Under the pieces are notes generated by a model. The model saw nothing but the letters and a program-made list of their open reading frames with translations. It was not told where the DNA came from and searched no databases. 64,000 bases of DNA from Octopus vulgaris (lineage: Eukaryota), in NCBI GenBank assembly GCA_951406725.2, contig OX597822.1:21638001-21702000 (forward strand). The letters are read 5' to 3'. The translations under genes and the position numbers were made by a program. Below, one piece after another: positions 1 through 12,439 of this stretch. Each line of letters opens with the position of its first letter. Positions within the stretch are counted from its first letter, which is position 1.

Positions 1-821
1 GAATTATAGTATGAAACAAAAAAAAAAAAGCCAGAGCAGGACAAGTTTCTTGCTGTGGAGGTGCTACTACATAGGTACTCTTATTATAGAAGAAAGGTAG
101 GATTGATTGGAATGAAGCTGGAAAGAGATAAAAATAGTGTTGATGAGGTGTCAGAACAGGCCCTCAAAGTATGAGGTGAATAAAAGAGAGTGGAGACTGA
201 ACAGGTTGTGTAGGTAGCTAGTGTCTGTAATAGTATGGTGGGGCTGAGGGAGAATAAGAAATGGTCCGAGATGACAATTGAAAGAACGTGAATGTAATGA
301 ATGAAAAACAAGTGTTGAGGGATGGTAAATAAGGAAGTTAAGGAAGAGTAGGTGAAAATTCTAGAGAGATCCAGGTCATGAAAAAGGTATGGGTATGTTG
401 CTGCTTGTGGTATTACAGGAGAATATTAGGTTTTCTGAATTTTATACTAAAATACCAAAAGATAAGTTTAGTATGAAACGGAAACAGTAATGAATGCTAA
501 CCTGCTAAATGTATCATGAATCAAGATATTTTAATTATCATGCAGTGATGAAACAAAAAAATTATTATTTTAACGATTAATTCTGACCCAGAAAGACAGG
601 GGAGACACTCCTAGAATTTAAATTAATTGTAAACAGAATACAATGGAAGGGAACCAATAACATAATGCCTTTTCTCCCCTCATGACAAATGTAATTTCAA
701 TTAATAATTGTTTGACCCACTTTGTTAAATAAGTTAAACATTACTCCAAGCATACATTTGAAAAGTGGATTGTAACAAGAATTTGGATCAAGACTTGCTA
801 TTTTGAAATATTCTTTCTAAT

Positions 822-1023
822 CTTGACACAAAGCCAGCAATTTAAGGGGGAAGGAGAAGTTATTTACATCAACCCCAGTACACAGCAGGCACTTACTTTA
901 TTGACCATAAAAGATGAAAGGTAAAGTCAACCTCAGTGGCGTTTGAACTCATAATGTAAAGAGACAGAAGAAATGTCACTAAGCATTTTCTCCAGCAATG
1001 TGACAATTCTACCAACTCACCAC
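822..1023 (-). mobile_element. Degenerate tRNA-derived SINE, family B
   Basis: Decayed match to the copies at 37887-38080 and 61804-62037 (aagatgaaaggtaaagtcaacctc...tttgaactc). Confidence 0.65.
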
Positions 1024-1225
1024 GGTTCCAAGTAATGCCAAGAGGTACTAATCATTTTTATTTTTATGTTTAGCCCTCGATCAACTCCACTGAAGCAGAC
1101 AACTGAATGATCTATTCCTAACCATCAAGTCATTTTACTTTATAAGCACATCTTTCTTCTTTAAATAATAGCATGTGATTTGAGGAAGATTTGGCCACTA
1201 CCTTTAGCAGGTTGTGTGAACATGT

Positions 1226-1391
1226 AGGCGCAGGTGTGGCTGTGTGGTAAGTAGCTTACTTACCAACCACATGGTTCTGGGTTCAGTCCCACTGCGTGGC
1301 ACCTTGGGCAAGTGCCTTCTGCTATAGCCTTGGACCGACCAAAGCCTTGTGAGTGGATTTGGTAGACGGAAACTAAAAGAAGCCTGTCGTG

Positions 1392-1468
<77 letters not shown>

Positions 1469-1660
1469 CTTTATGTGTCTGTGTTTGTCCTCCCCCCACA
1501 TGCTAGTGTGTTTATGTCCCCGTAACTTAGCGGTTCGGCAAAAGAGACTGATAGAATAAGTACTAGGCTTACAAAGAATAAGTCCTGGGGGGTCGATTTA
1601 CTTGACTAAAGGTGGTGCTCCAGCATGGCCACAGTCAAATGACTGAAACCAGTAAAAGAG
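1226..1660 (+). mobile_element. tRNA-derived SINE, family A, with internal (TA)n/(TG)n tract
   Basis: A-box-like tggctgtgtgg and B-box-like ggttcagtcc. Body and tail (gactgaaaccagtaaaagag) closely match the copies at 6827, 36635 and 49391. Confidence 0.9.
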
Positions 1661-2594
1661 TATGTAAAGACAACTCATTGGTTCATAGGGACTTTTTCAT
1701 TGACCTGACAGAGGGCTCCCATGGGTTGTGTTCCTTCAAATACTTAGTGGTTCTTTACAGGCTGCTTTCCAATCTGAAATTTGCTTAACCCTATTGTTGA
1801 TCTGACAGCTCCATTATTTCAGCAGCAGAAATATCTAAATAACTTATGGAAAAGTTGTGTGAAATCTTGATGCTGGACAGTTCCATAGCAAATACCGAGA
1901 ACCTCAAAGAATCCATGCTTACTACTATTCATTTAGTTTCATTTTTGTTATTTGTTCTGTCACCATTATGGCCCAGATCGGTTGTAAATTGTACTCAACA
2001 GAAGAGATACAAAAAGCCAATGACACTACAAAAGTTAGGTAGCTGCTAAGTTTGTTCTAACCCTGCTCTCCAGTCGGGCATTAAAGCAGTTATCAACATG
2101 TTATTCTATAGCTACTGGCATTTATGATTGCTACTATTGATGGCATTGTTGGTTTTAATGTCCATTTTAAGTTACATTCTGTTTCATACATACTTCTCTC
2201 TCACTACTCTATTAATCATAGTTGTGTGTGTGTGTGTGTGTGTGTGTGTCTCATAAATTTGCTGAGACTAACTATGTCATTTTCTTGTTATTCCCACATT
2301 TCTCAGCTGTAGTTTAAAGGAAAATAAATTATTGATCATTCCAACTCTCTACATCACTCATCATCTTTCTCAGTTACTTTCCTTTTCTCTCGCTATCTAC
2401 CTCTCCCCACTATCAATTACTATACTTCTCTCTCACTCTCTTTATTTAACTATACTTGTTTCTCCATCCATCTAACCATTCATCCATCCATCCATCCATC
2501 TATCTATATATCTATCTCTACCATACTAATTTGTTTATCATTTTTGTTACCAAGTTTCTCTGCCCCTCTGCCCCCATCCCCCTACTGTGTCTGT

Positions 2595-2645
<51 letters not shown>

Positions 2646-3835
2646 TATCTTTCTTGCCAACTTTATACACACCATCTATCACAATACATTTTTCACTACT
2701 TATTAATTTACCTTTTGTACTCTTCTCAATCTAACAAAGTATCTCCCCCTTCTGTCTCTCTCTCTCTCACTCTTTCCCTCTCTTTCTTCTTCTCTCTGTT
2801 TCATTTATAACACATACTAGTCTTACTTTTGAAATGTGAGAATTTTATTCCTTAAGGTGTTACATCACTGTCTAACACAAACTGGCTTCTGTTACGTAGT
2901 TGTACATTTTATTGCCCATTCCCTTAGGGATTGTCATAAGACATTTTTCCTCTCTTCTGTTTTGTTTCTGCAATTGTAGCTGCAGAATGCATGTTGCATA
3001 TCTGTTATTTGATACAATGAACCAATTAAAGACTTGATTTATAGCCTGTTACTTCACCAAGTTTATTTTGACAGTGAAATTCATATGCAGGGAACGAAAA
3101 TCCATTTCTTTATTGCAAATATATGAGGATCTGTCATTCCTGAAGAAGAAAAAGAACAAAACAATTATTGTGATATCAAAATTCTGCTTTCGTTTTTCAT
3201 TTTTACGATCTGTTGTGTTTATTTTTTAGGTAGTCGGTTTATCCTTTATTCTTTTGTTCTTTTACTGGTTTCATTTATTGGACTGAAGCCATGCTGGAGC
3301 ACATCCATTGAACATTTTAATCGATTGTATTGAACTTGGAATTTTATCAATCTCTGTTTATTGAATGGTCAAGTTACTTTGACATAAAAATATATAAATC
3401 CCAGCATAGATTTACACTGGTAGACACAAGCAAGGACATTCCCTATATGGCTGCAAGGATTAGAAGCTTCCTTCTTGACAACTTGGTCCTGGATATGGTT
3501 CCACTGAATGGCACCTTCAACAAGCTGACTAAATCCTTGTGATTGGATTTGGTTGGGGGAAACTGAAAGAAGTTCATCGTGTGTGTGTGTGGAGGGGAAG
3601 ATGCATGAGGATTGGTGTCTCCTTGTCTTGACACAGTTGGAAATGTGTATCAGTGTCATTCAGTAGTGTCTTTTATTTCCAATCATCAATGAAAACATGC
3701 CTGAGCATGGGGAAATATGAGCCTACTTGGATATAGGTGAGGGTTAGTAACAGGAAGGGTACCCTGCTATAGAAAATCCACCTCAGTATTTTCTCTCTGG
3801 TCCAGGGAAGTATAGAAAAGTGGTTGTTAAAGTAA

Positions 3836-3905
3836 TGCTTGTGTGTGTGTGCATGTATGTATGTGTGTGTGTGTATGTATGTGTGTATATATATGTGTGT
3901 GTATA

Positions 3906-3949
<44 letters not shown>

Positions 3950-4012
3950 AATATGTATATGTATATATATACGTGTGTGTGTATATATATGTGTGAATAT
4001 GTATATGTATGT

Positions 4013-4045
<33 letters not shown>
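3836..4045. repeat. Compound (TG)n/(TA)n microsatellite
   Basis: Directly visible dinucleotide runs. Confidence 0.95.
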
Positions 4046-4048
<3 letters not shown>

Positions 4049-6294
4049 TCATCATCATCATCATCGTTTAACGCCCGTCCATGCTGGTATGGTGTGGTCA
4101 GTTTGACTAGGGATTGGCAAGCCAGGAGGTTGCACCAATCTCCAATCTGATCTGGTAAGGTTTCTACAGCTGGATGCCCTTCCTAATGCCAACCACTCTG
4201 AGGGTGTAGTGGGTACTTTTTGTGTGCCACCAGCATGGGAACCAGTCAGGTGGCACTGGTATCAGCCATGTTTGGACAGTGATTTTTATGTGCCACCAGC
4301 ATAGGAGCCAATTGGGGTGGGTTGGGGGCTGACATCAACCACATTCGGATGGTGCTTTTTACATGTCACTGGCACAGGGAGCCAGTCAGGTGGTGCTGGC
4401 ATTGACCCACGCATGAATAGTGCTTATTGCAGGCCACCAGCACAGGAGCCACTCAGACATCACTGGCTTCGGTCACAACTAAATTTCCATTTTGATTTCA
4501 ATTTGATTGAGATTCTGATTGTTATTTTGATTTTGATTTTACTTGACTCAATAGGTCTCCTCAAGCACAATTCAAAGGTACTTTTTAAATGGGCTGGTTA
4601 TGTGACACTGGTATAGGCTATGGCTGTGATCTCACTTTACTTGCTGGCTCTTCTAAATCACAGCAAATCTCCAGAGGTCTTTGTCTTTTGTCCTTGCCAC
4701 TGTGAGGCCCAACTTTCGAAGGTTGTGCTCCACCACTTCATCCCATGTCTTTCTGGGTCTCTCTCTTCCACGGATTCTTTCCACTGTTAGCTCTCCTCAT
4801 CCATACGCAGCACATGACCAATACCAGTGCAGTCATCTCTCTTGTACACTACATCTGATGCTTTTTATGTCCAACATTTCTCTCAGAGTACTTACACTCC
4901 ATTGTGTGTGCACACTGACATTATGCATCCAGCAGATCATACCAGCTTCATTTCTTTCAAGCCTACGTATGTCACCAACTGTCATAGCCCACATTTCACT
5001 GCCGTGTAACAGGGCAGTTTGCACACATGCATCATATAGTCTACCTTTCACTCTGAATGAGAGGCCCTTTGTCACTGGTAGTGGTAGGAGCTTTCTGAAC
5101 TTTGCCCAGGCTATTCTTATTCTAGTGGCAACACTCTCAGAGCATCCACCCCCCACTACAGATTTGGTCACCTAGCTAGCAGAAGCTGTCAACTACTTCT
5201 AGTTTCTCCCCCTGGCATGTGATGGAATCTATTTTCTGAACATCTCGGGTGATTATTGCCCCTGTGCATCTGCTTCACAAAATACTACCATCCTGGCTAA
5301 CCTTCCTTTGATGTTGCTGCACGTCTTATGCATCCATGCATTACATTGGGTATATCTTATGGAGTTTCTACCTACATCTTTTCTACAGGTGAAGCAGGGC
5401 CATCTACTACCTGAAGGGGTTTGTGATGTGTTTGCCTTCCTACTTACTAGGACTTTGGTTTTTGCAACATTGATTCTTAGGCCCTTCATTTCTAAAACTT
5501 TCTTCCACACCTGAAATTTCTTCCCTAGTTCTGGTAGTGATTCCGCTATGATAACAAGGTCATCAGCATAGAGGAGCTTCCCAGGGAAAGCCTGTCCTGA
5601 ATTCCTCTGTTATTGCCTGCAGGACTATGATGTATAAAAGGGGGCTGAGGACTGGTCCTTGGTGAACCCCTACTTCTACTCGGAATTCTTCACTATACTC
5701 ATTGCCAACCCTTACCTTACTGACAGCATCCCTGTACAGCTCATACTAATCACTTGTCTATCTCTGGTTTCCACATTGCCCACCAGATAAAGAATCCAGG
5801 GACCCTGTCAAAGGCTTTCTCCAAGTCAACAAAAGCCAGGTATAGGGGTTTATATTTGGCTAGGTATATCTCCAGCAGTTGCCTTACCAGAAATACAGCA
5901 TCAGTGGTGCTTCTACCTGGCATAAACACAAACTGCATCTCATCTAGGCTGACTCTCTCCCTAATTAGTTGGGCTATGACCCTCTCCATGACCTTCATCA
6001 CCTGATCCAGCAGTTTGATACCCCTGTAGTTATTTCTGTCTAAAGCATCACCTTCACCTTTGTAGCAGTTGACTATGGTGCTGCTACACCAGTCATTGGG
6101 TATGACTCCTTTGTGAACTACCTGATTTACAATATGGATGATTAGACCATAACCCACACCACCAGATATTTTAAGCATTTCAGCAGTGATTCCTATTGGG
6201 CCAGGGGCTTTTCCTGACTTCATATCCTTAATTGCTTTATCTACCACGGTGCTATCTATTTGGCTAGTTGGTCCCTCAACTGGGTCAACATTTG
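4046..6294 (-). mobile_element. 5'-truncated, degenerate RTE-clade LINE (RT, C-terminal region, 3' UTR, (GAT)n tail)
   Basis: ORF fragments KAPGPIGI, NYRGIKLL, FVDLEKAFDRVP, HQGPVLSP, LLYADD, RIRIAWAKFRKL and LLHGSEMW, broken by stops and frameshifts. (CAT)n tail at 4046-4064. Confidence 0.95.
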
Positions 6295-6500
6295 AAATAT
6301 TGTGTATTGTGTTAGTGAAATATTGTGTATTGCGTTAGGTCTAAAATGTTCTGATATCTTTTTGATGCAAGGAGAAGTTAGGGCAAAAAATGAATATCAG
6401 CAAAGTTTCAGGCATACTGAGTTAAGAGAGGAAAAACACAGCTAACACTAATGACCTTTGAACATTCAAACAAACTGATGCACAGTTTTTGTATTGTTGA

Positions 6501-6648
6501 CTGTTATGAACATTTAAACTTGTCAACGTAGAAATTTTTGAAAATGTTCTTCTAATTCATAATTCCAAATTTGTCTGTTATGAACATTTAAATTTGTCAA
6601 CATTGAAACCTTTAAAAATGTTTTACTAATTCATCGTTCTAAATTTTT
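6501..6648. repeat. Two-copy ~74-bp tandem repeat
   Basis: ctgttatgaacatttaaa...ctaattcat...aaattt starts at 6501 and again at 6575. Confidence 0.85.
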
Positions 6649-6826
6649 ACCATTGATAAACAAAAAGTATTGTTGAAACTAGATTGGTATATGTGTAAAT
6701 AAATTTATTTTAAACAATTGCTAAATTTTCAAATTCAGGTGCATTTTCAACAACAAATTAGCTTATATTTTTTCCTGTATGGAAATACACCCCCTCTTTC
6801 ATTTATATATATATATATATATATAT

Positions 6827-7215
6827 AGGTACAGTAGAGGCTGTGTGGTAGGTAGCTTGCTTACCAACCACATGGTTCCACATTCAGTCCCACTATTTGG
6901 CACATTTGGCAACTGTCTTCTACTATAGACTTGGTCCAACCAAAGCCTTGTGAGTGGATTTGGTACACAGAAACTGAAAACAACCTGTCATATATATATA
7001 TGTGTGTGTGTGTGTTTGTGTTGGTACCCCCAACATTGCATGACGACTGATGCTGGTGTGTTTATGTCCCCATAACTTAGCAGTTTAGCAAAAAGTGACC
7101 GACAGAATGAGTACTAGTCTTACAAAGAATAAGTCCTGGGATAAATTTGCTCGTCTAAAATGGTGGTGCTTATGCATGGTCGCAGTCAAATGACTGAAAC
7201 AAGTAAAAGAATAAA
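6827..7215 (+). mobile_element. tRNA-derived SINE, family A
   Basis: Colinear match to 1226-1660. Confidence 0.88.
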
Positions 7216-7305
7216 AAAAACTATATATATATATATGTGCAGGAGCTACACATGTTTCAGTATTGGAAGCGTATAATACATACATATATATATATATATA
7301 TATAT

Positions 7306-7615
7306 CACGTGATCACGTGACCGACCAGACCATCAGATGTTTTTACACATCACTGGTCACAATGCGCTTCGCATTGTTTTAGCCTTCAAATGATGCCACC
7401 CCGCTGGCTAACCGAGCAGGCCAACAGAAGAAAGAGTGAGAGCAAGTTGTGGTGGAAGAGTACAGCAGGGATCACCCCCCCCCCTGCCGGAGCCTCGTGG
7501 AGCTTTTTAGGTGTTTTCGCTCAATAAACACTCACAACACCTGGTTTGAGAATCGAAACTGCGATCCTCCGACCACGTGTCCACTGCCCTAACCACTGGG
7601 CCATTGCGCCTCCAC
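7306..7615 (-). mobile_element. tRNA-derived SINE, family C, inserted in (TA)n
   Basis: Minus-strand head gtggaggcgcaatggcccagtggttagggcag...gtttcgattc (A and B boxes). Head shared with 42984-43300. Confidence 0.85.
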
Positions 7616-7677
7616 ATATATATATATGTGAATATATGCAACCATCAGATTTACAATTCTACCAACACAGCTTCAGT

Positions 7678-9280
7678 GCTGCATCATGAGTGTATAACCA
7701 TTATTGCGGGGCTACCTGTTGGACAGAAAGACCAATTTTATGACACCCTCTTGCAAACTACCTCGTCGACGAATGATAGGGACTTTCTCTTTGTGGTTGG
7801 CGACTTCCAAGGGCATGTTAGACAACATGCAGGGGGTCCATGGCATACATGGAGGCTATGGTTTTGGTTCCTGCAATGAGAAGGGAACCAGGGTGCTGGA
7901 GTCCTGCAATGCAAATGATCTTATGATTTGTAATACTAACTTCAGGAAACCTGCCAGTCACCTATTCACTTATTGATCTGGTAGACACACTTGTCAAATA
8001 GACTACATCCTTTCCAGGAAACAGGAAAGAGGGCTACTTATAAATGCCAAAACCTTCCCAGGTGAAGAATGCACCTCACAACATAGATTTGTAGTTAGCG
8101 ACTTCAGGATTTTGGCTAAATGAATGCCCAGAAGACAACCAGCATGGAGGAAAAAGGTCTGGAAGCTTAAAGATCCTGCGAATGGACAGAGATTTAGGGA
8201 CATATTACTCGAAGCTCTTGACGAAATAGAGGGGGATGTAGCATCACATAATCTGGAAGACAACTGGAAGTTTCTACGGGACAATCTGTTGAAGGCTACT
8301 GACCAGACCTGTGAATGGTGCAAAGTCCCCTCTTGACCCAAGGTAACGTGGTAGTGGAACAATGTAGTTGGCAGGGACATTATGAAAAAGAAACAGGCAT
8401 GGAAGGACTGGAAGAATGATGGTAGCAGGAAATTATATCAGACTGCCAGAAGGGATACAGGTTTATTTAACCAGAGGGGAAGCAGATAAGAAAAAATCTG
8501 GTGGTGTTGGCTATAGTCTAGTCACCCATATAGCCAGTCAGGTGATACATGAAGGAATCATACCCAATGACTGGTGTAGCAGCACTATAGTAAACTGCTA
8601 CAAAGGTAAAGGTGATGCATTAGATACAAATAGTTACAGAGGTATCAAGTTATTGGATCAAGTAATGAAAGTCACAGAGAGGGTCATGGCCCAACTAATT
8701 AGGGAGAGAGAGATGCAGTTTGGATTTGTGCCAAGGAAAAGAACCACTGATGCTATATTTCTGGGAAGACAACTGCATGAGAAATATCTAGCCAAAGATA
8801 AACTTCTGTACCTAGCTTTCGTTGACATGGAGAAAGCCTTTGACAGGGTCTCCCGATCCCTTATCTGGTGATCAACGAGGAAACTGGGGATAGATAAATG
8901 TTTAGTGAGAGCTGTAACAGAGGAATTCAAGACAGGATGCCCCTGGGAGCTTCTCTATGCTGATGACCTTGCTCTAATAGCTGAGTCACTATCAGAACTA
9001 GAGAAAAAGTTTCAGGTGTGGAAGCAAGGTCTAGTATCGAAGGACCTTTCAGTCAACCTAGCAAAAACCAAAGTCTTAATAAGAAGGAAGGCAGACAAAC
9101 CACAAATCCCTTCAGGTAGATGGCCCTGCTTGATCTGTGGAAAAGGCGTGGGTAGAAACTCCATAAAATGTGCTCAGTGTAAGATATAGACACATAAGAG
9201 GTGCAGCAATATCAAAGGAAGGTTAAGTGGGAAGATAGTTTTTGTGTATGGCAAATGCTCAGGGGCAATAAACAGTGAAG
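7678..9280 (+). mobile_element. Degenerate, internally deleted RTE-clade LINE fragment (AP endonuclease end, RT, Cys/His finger)
   Basis: Fragments VGDFQGHV, GGYGFG, QIDYIL, YRGIKLL, FVDMEKAFDRV and ELLYADDL, with several stops. Confidence 0.95.
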
Positions 9281-9437
9281 ATGTGATTCATGTTTAATGC
9301 CTGAAGATGGCAATGGTATGAAACTTGAGACATGTGACAAACATTCAGTTTCTATGTTATATTGTGTGCATGTATTGACCACTTTTGTCTTGTTCATCCA
9401 ACAGAAATCAATGTGTGTGTGTGTATATATATGTATA

Positions 9438-9487
<50 letters not shown>

Positions 9488-9493
9488 CATATG

Positions 9494-9527
<34 letters not shown>

Positions 9528-9566
9528 TTCATATATATATGCATACACACACACATATATACACAT

Positions 9567-9597
<31 letters not shown>

Positions 9598-9601
9598 TAT
9601 A

Positions 9602-10039
9602 TACTAGCACTATGACCCAGCAACGACGGGTCATAATGCTAGTATATATATATATCTCAAATTTTATTTAATTTGCTTTGTGGGAAGGGCTGTTTCCAAG
9701 AAGTCGTGTCTTGTCTTTACCTTCGAAACATGGAGTAGACGAAACAGAGGCAGCTGAAGAAGGGGAATTTACCTTGTGTTGTATGTCTTTTACTCTGTTT
9801 TTTCGTTGTTTAAAAAAATGTCCGTTTGCTTGGTTTTGTTTTTTTACACATTATCGATTTTTGCACTTGCGAGATGAATCTCGGAACAGAAATAGTGCAG
9901 TTCAATTTTCATTCGCCTAAACTTTAAGTGACCCATTTTTTTGTGGTTCTACGATTTGTTGGCTAGGAGGAGATGTGCTGGGAAGTTAAACACACAGATA
10001 CACACACAGACACACTAGTTGAGTTTTATATACATAGAT
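9602..10039 (-). mobile_element. Probable non-autonomous Helitron-like element
   Basis: Minus strand starts ATCTATGTATATAAAA followed by a TG-rich tract. It ends with a GC hairpin followed by GTGCTAGT, a Helitron-type CTAG end. Confidence 0.55.
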
Positions 10040-10087
<48 letters not shown>

Positions 10088-10101
<14 letters not shown>

Positions 10102-10421
10102 AAATGAAGAAAATGCTGATAAAATAATTTAAGTAAGGGGGAGTGTATTTAATTAGGTGAAAGTTCTTTTTACCGGTTGCGCATTTGTTATGCTTATCAA
10201 AAGATATTTTTTTAAGAGAAATAGAGTTCCTTTCTGATAGATTTTTTTTTCTCTTAAGAGAAAAAAAATCTATCAGAAAGGAACTCTATTTCTCTTAAAA
10301 AATATCTTTTGATAAGCATAACAAATGCGCAACCGGTAAAAAGAACTTTCACCTAATTAAATACACTCCCCCTTACTTAAATTATTTTGTCAGCATTTTC
10401 TTCATTTCCTTTTTTATATAT
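10088..10421. repeat. ~334-bp near-perfect palindrome with no spacer
   Basis: Centre is ctcttaagag (10251-10260). By eye the arms differ by one substitution and two homopolymer-length changes. Confidence 0.95.
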
Positions 10422-10473
10422 CACAACTTGTGTTCCACATCTCCTTTTTTAAATATATATATATATATATATA

Positions 10474-10704
10474 TAAGGTTGCCCAAAAGCACACAACAGT
10501 AAATCAAAATTCCATAAATACTATCAGTAATTCTATATTGACTCAAATGGACAAATGTGTCGCTCAAGAAGGACTTCAGTTTGAACAATTTTCATGATGT
10601 ATCATATTTAGATGCTTTTATTGAATCATTCAGTTGTTAAACATAAATAAATCTTGGAATTAAATGGTTTTGATTTACTGTCTGGTGACTTTTGGCCAAC
10701 CCTG
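10474..10704. mobile_element. Tc1/mariner-type MITE or deletion derivative
   Basis: Imperfect TIRs: taaggttgcccaaaagcacacaacagtaaatcaaaa and ttttgatttactgtctggtgacttttggccaaccctg. Internal remnant MDKCVAQEGLQFEQFS* resembles a transposase C-terminus. Confidence 0.75.
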
Positions 10705-11035
10705 CATGCACATGATCAACTTTTGCATAGTTTCTCTCAACCAAGTTCTACCTATGATTAGTAACCCATTACTAAGATTAGTAACCCATGACTGATTACT
10801 CTAAAAACATATGCTCGACAATATATGCAGTGCATTTGAGCCCTGGACTACAGCATTTTAAAATGACCTACATAACCATATTTACAAGGAGAGACTAAAA
10901 TAAAATGTGTTCCTATTTTTGAGTTATGTGACCTACATTAATAAGAGAGACCTTTAGCTTTTCACAATCAACAAGGTGCCAGTTAATTAAATTTCTAATT
11001 ACTCTCTTCCCTCTCATGCCGGGTCATAGTGCTAG

Positions 11036-11078
<43 letters not shown>

Positions 11079-11155
11079 ATATAGGAGTAAGATAATAATA
11101 TTTTTCAATCAGCCCCTCGCTATTTTCCCATATTTCTTGAGTGGAAGAAACTGCA

Positions 11156-11205
<50 letters not shown>

Positions 11206-12439
11206 ACACACACACACAGATGCACACTTACACACACACACACACACATATATAAAGGAAATGCAGGTATGGCTGTGTAGTTAAGAAATTCACTTTTTTA
11301 CTACTTGGTTTTAGTTTCAATCTCATCATATGGAAACTTGAACAAATCTCTTCTACTGTAACCAAGGACGACCAAAGCTTTGCGAATGAATTTTGATAAT
11401 TAGAAATTGAATATATACATGTATGTTGTAAAGTTATTGTCTTGAATGAAATAGCATAACAGTTAACTGCTGCTTAGAACTCCATGTAAATTCTTTTATA
11501 TATATATATATATATATCCAACTTCCAGTCAGGTATTAAGCATACTTTGTAATAAGATTTTCAATATTATATACATTTGAATAAATTACAGAGGAGAATG
11601 AAAGAGGAGATTTGATCAAGCATTCTTTTATAACCTCAGAAATTACATAAACTTTACATGTGTTTGACAAGTGTAAACTAGTATGTTAGGCAGTAAATCA
11701 TTATGGAGACAATTGCATAATCACTCAGAATACCAGACCTTCAGAAGAAAATAGCAATTTCATCTATTGTTGATTTTCAACGACTGTTGATGGGCAGAAA
11801 CAAAATAGAAACTGCATGTAAATTCAGTAGATCATTCTACATAATAAGGTAAGAAAAGGAATTTAATTATTTATATTTTATCAGTGAAATACAGAAAGAG
11901 GGAAAGTGGTTATAAGTATAGTCAGTTTGTCTGGGGAAGGGAAGAAATTCAATGCCTAAACTAATTTAGATCAAAAAAAGTTTTAAGTTAATGGTGATAA
12001 ATACCTAAGAATTTAGTGGCAGATAAAAGGTGAGGCAGTACAGGCATATTCATGCATACACACACATGCATATATTTATGTTTTAAATAATTTGTACCCA
12101 CTAACATATGGAGATATGCTCATATGTCTAAGAATACACATGACTTTGGTTTTCCATATTCTTAATCTCTGTATTTTTTCATGCATATTGAAAAATAAAT
12201 GGTGAAAAGATCAATGAGTATGGGGGGAGGGTGAAATTTCCGAGGCTTCCACCATACCCCACCCGGTTTTTCGGACCACAAGAAGGGTTTTGTAGCATAT
12301 TAGGAGGCCAGGGTAGTTGATTCCATGCAAAAAATCTGATTTTTTTTCTTAGTTAAAATTGTGCAAGTGTTAATCTAAAAATTTACCAACCTTTTTTCCA
12401 TTTATTTCTGTTTATGAAATTCTCTGTATGTAATTTTTC

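Noticed and set aside
1260-1499. Recurrent ORF ending CPRCHAVGLNPEPCGW
   Set aside because: Antisense translation of SINE family A; it recurs because the SINE recurs.
3783-4150. ORFs rich in YI/HT/CV/SL repeats, here and throughout the window
   Set aside because: They are translations of (TA)n, (CA)n and (CT)n microsatellites.
9298-9345. CTGAAGA...GAAAC hammerhead candidate
   Set aside because: The sequence between the boxes does not form a stem II.
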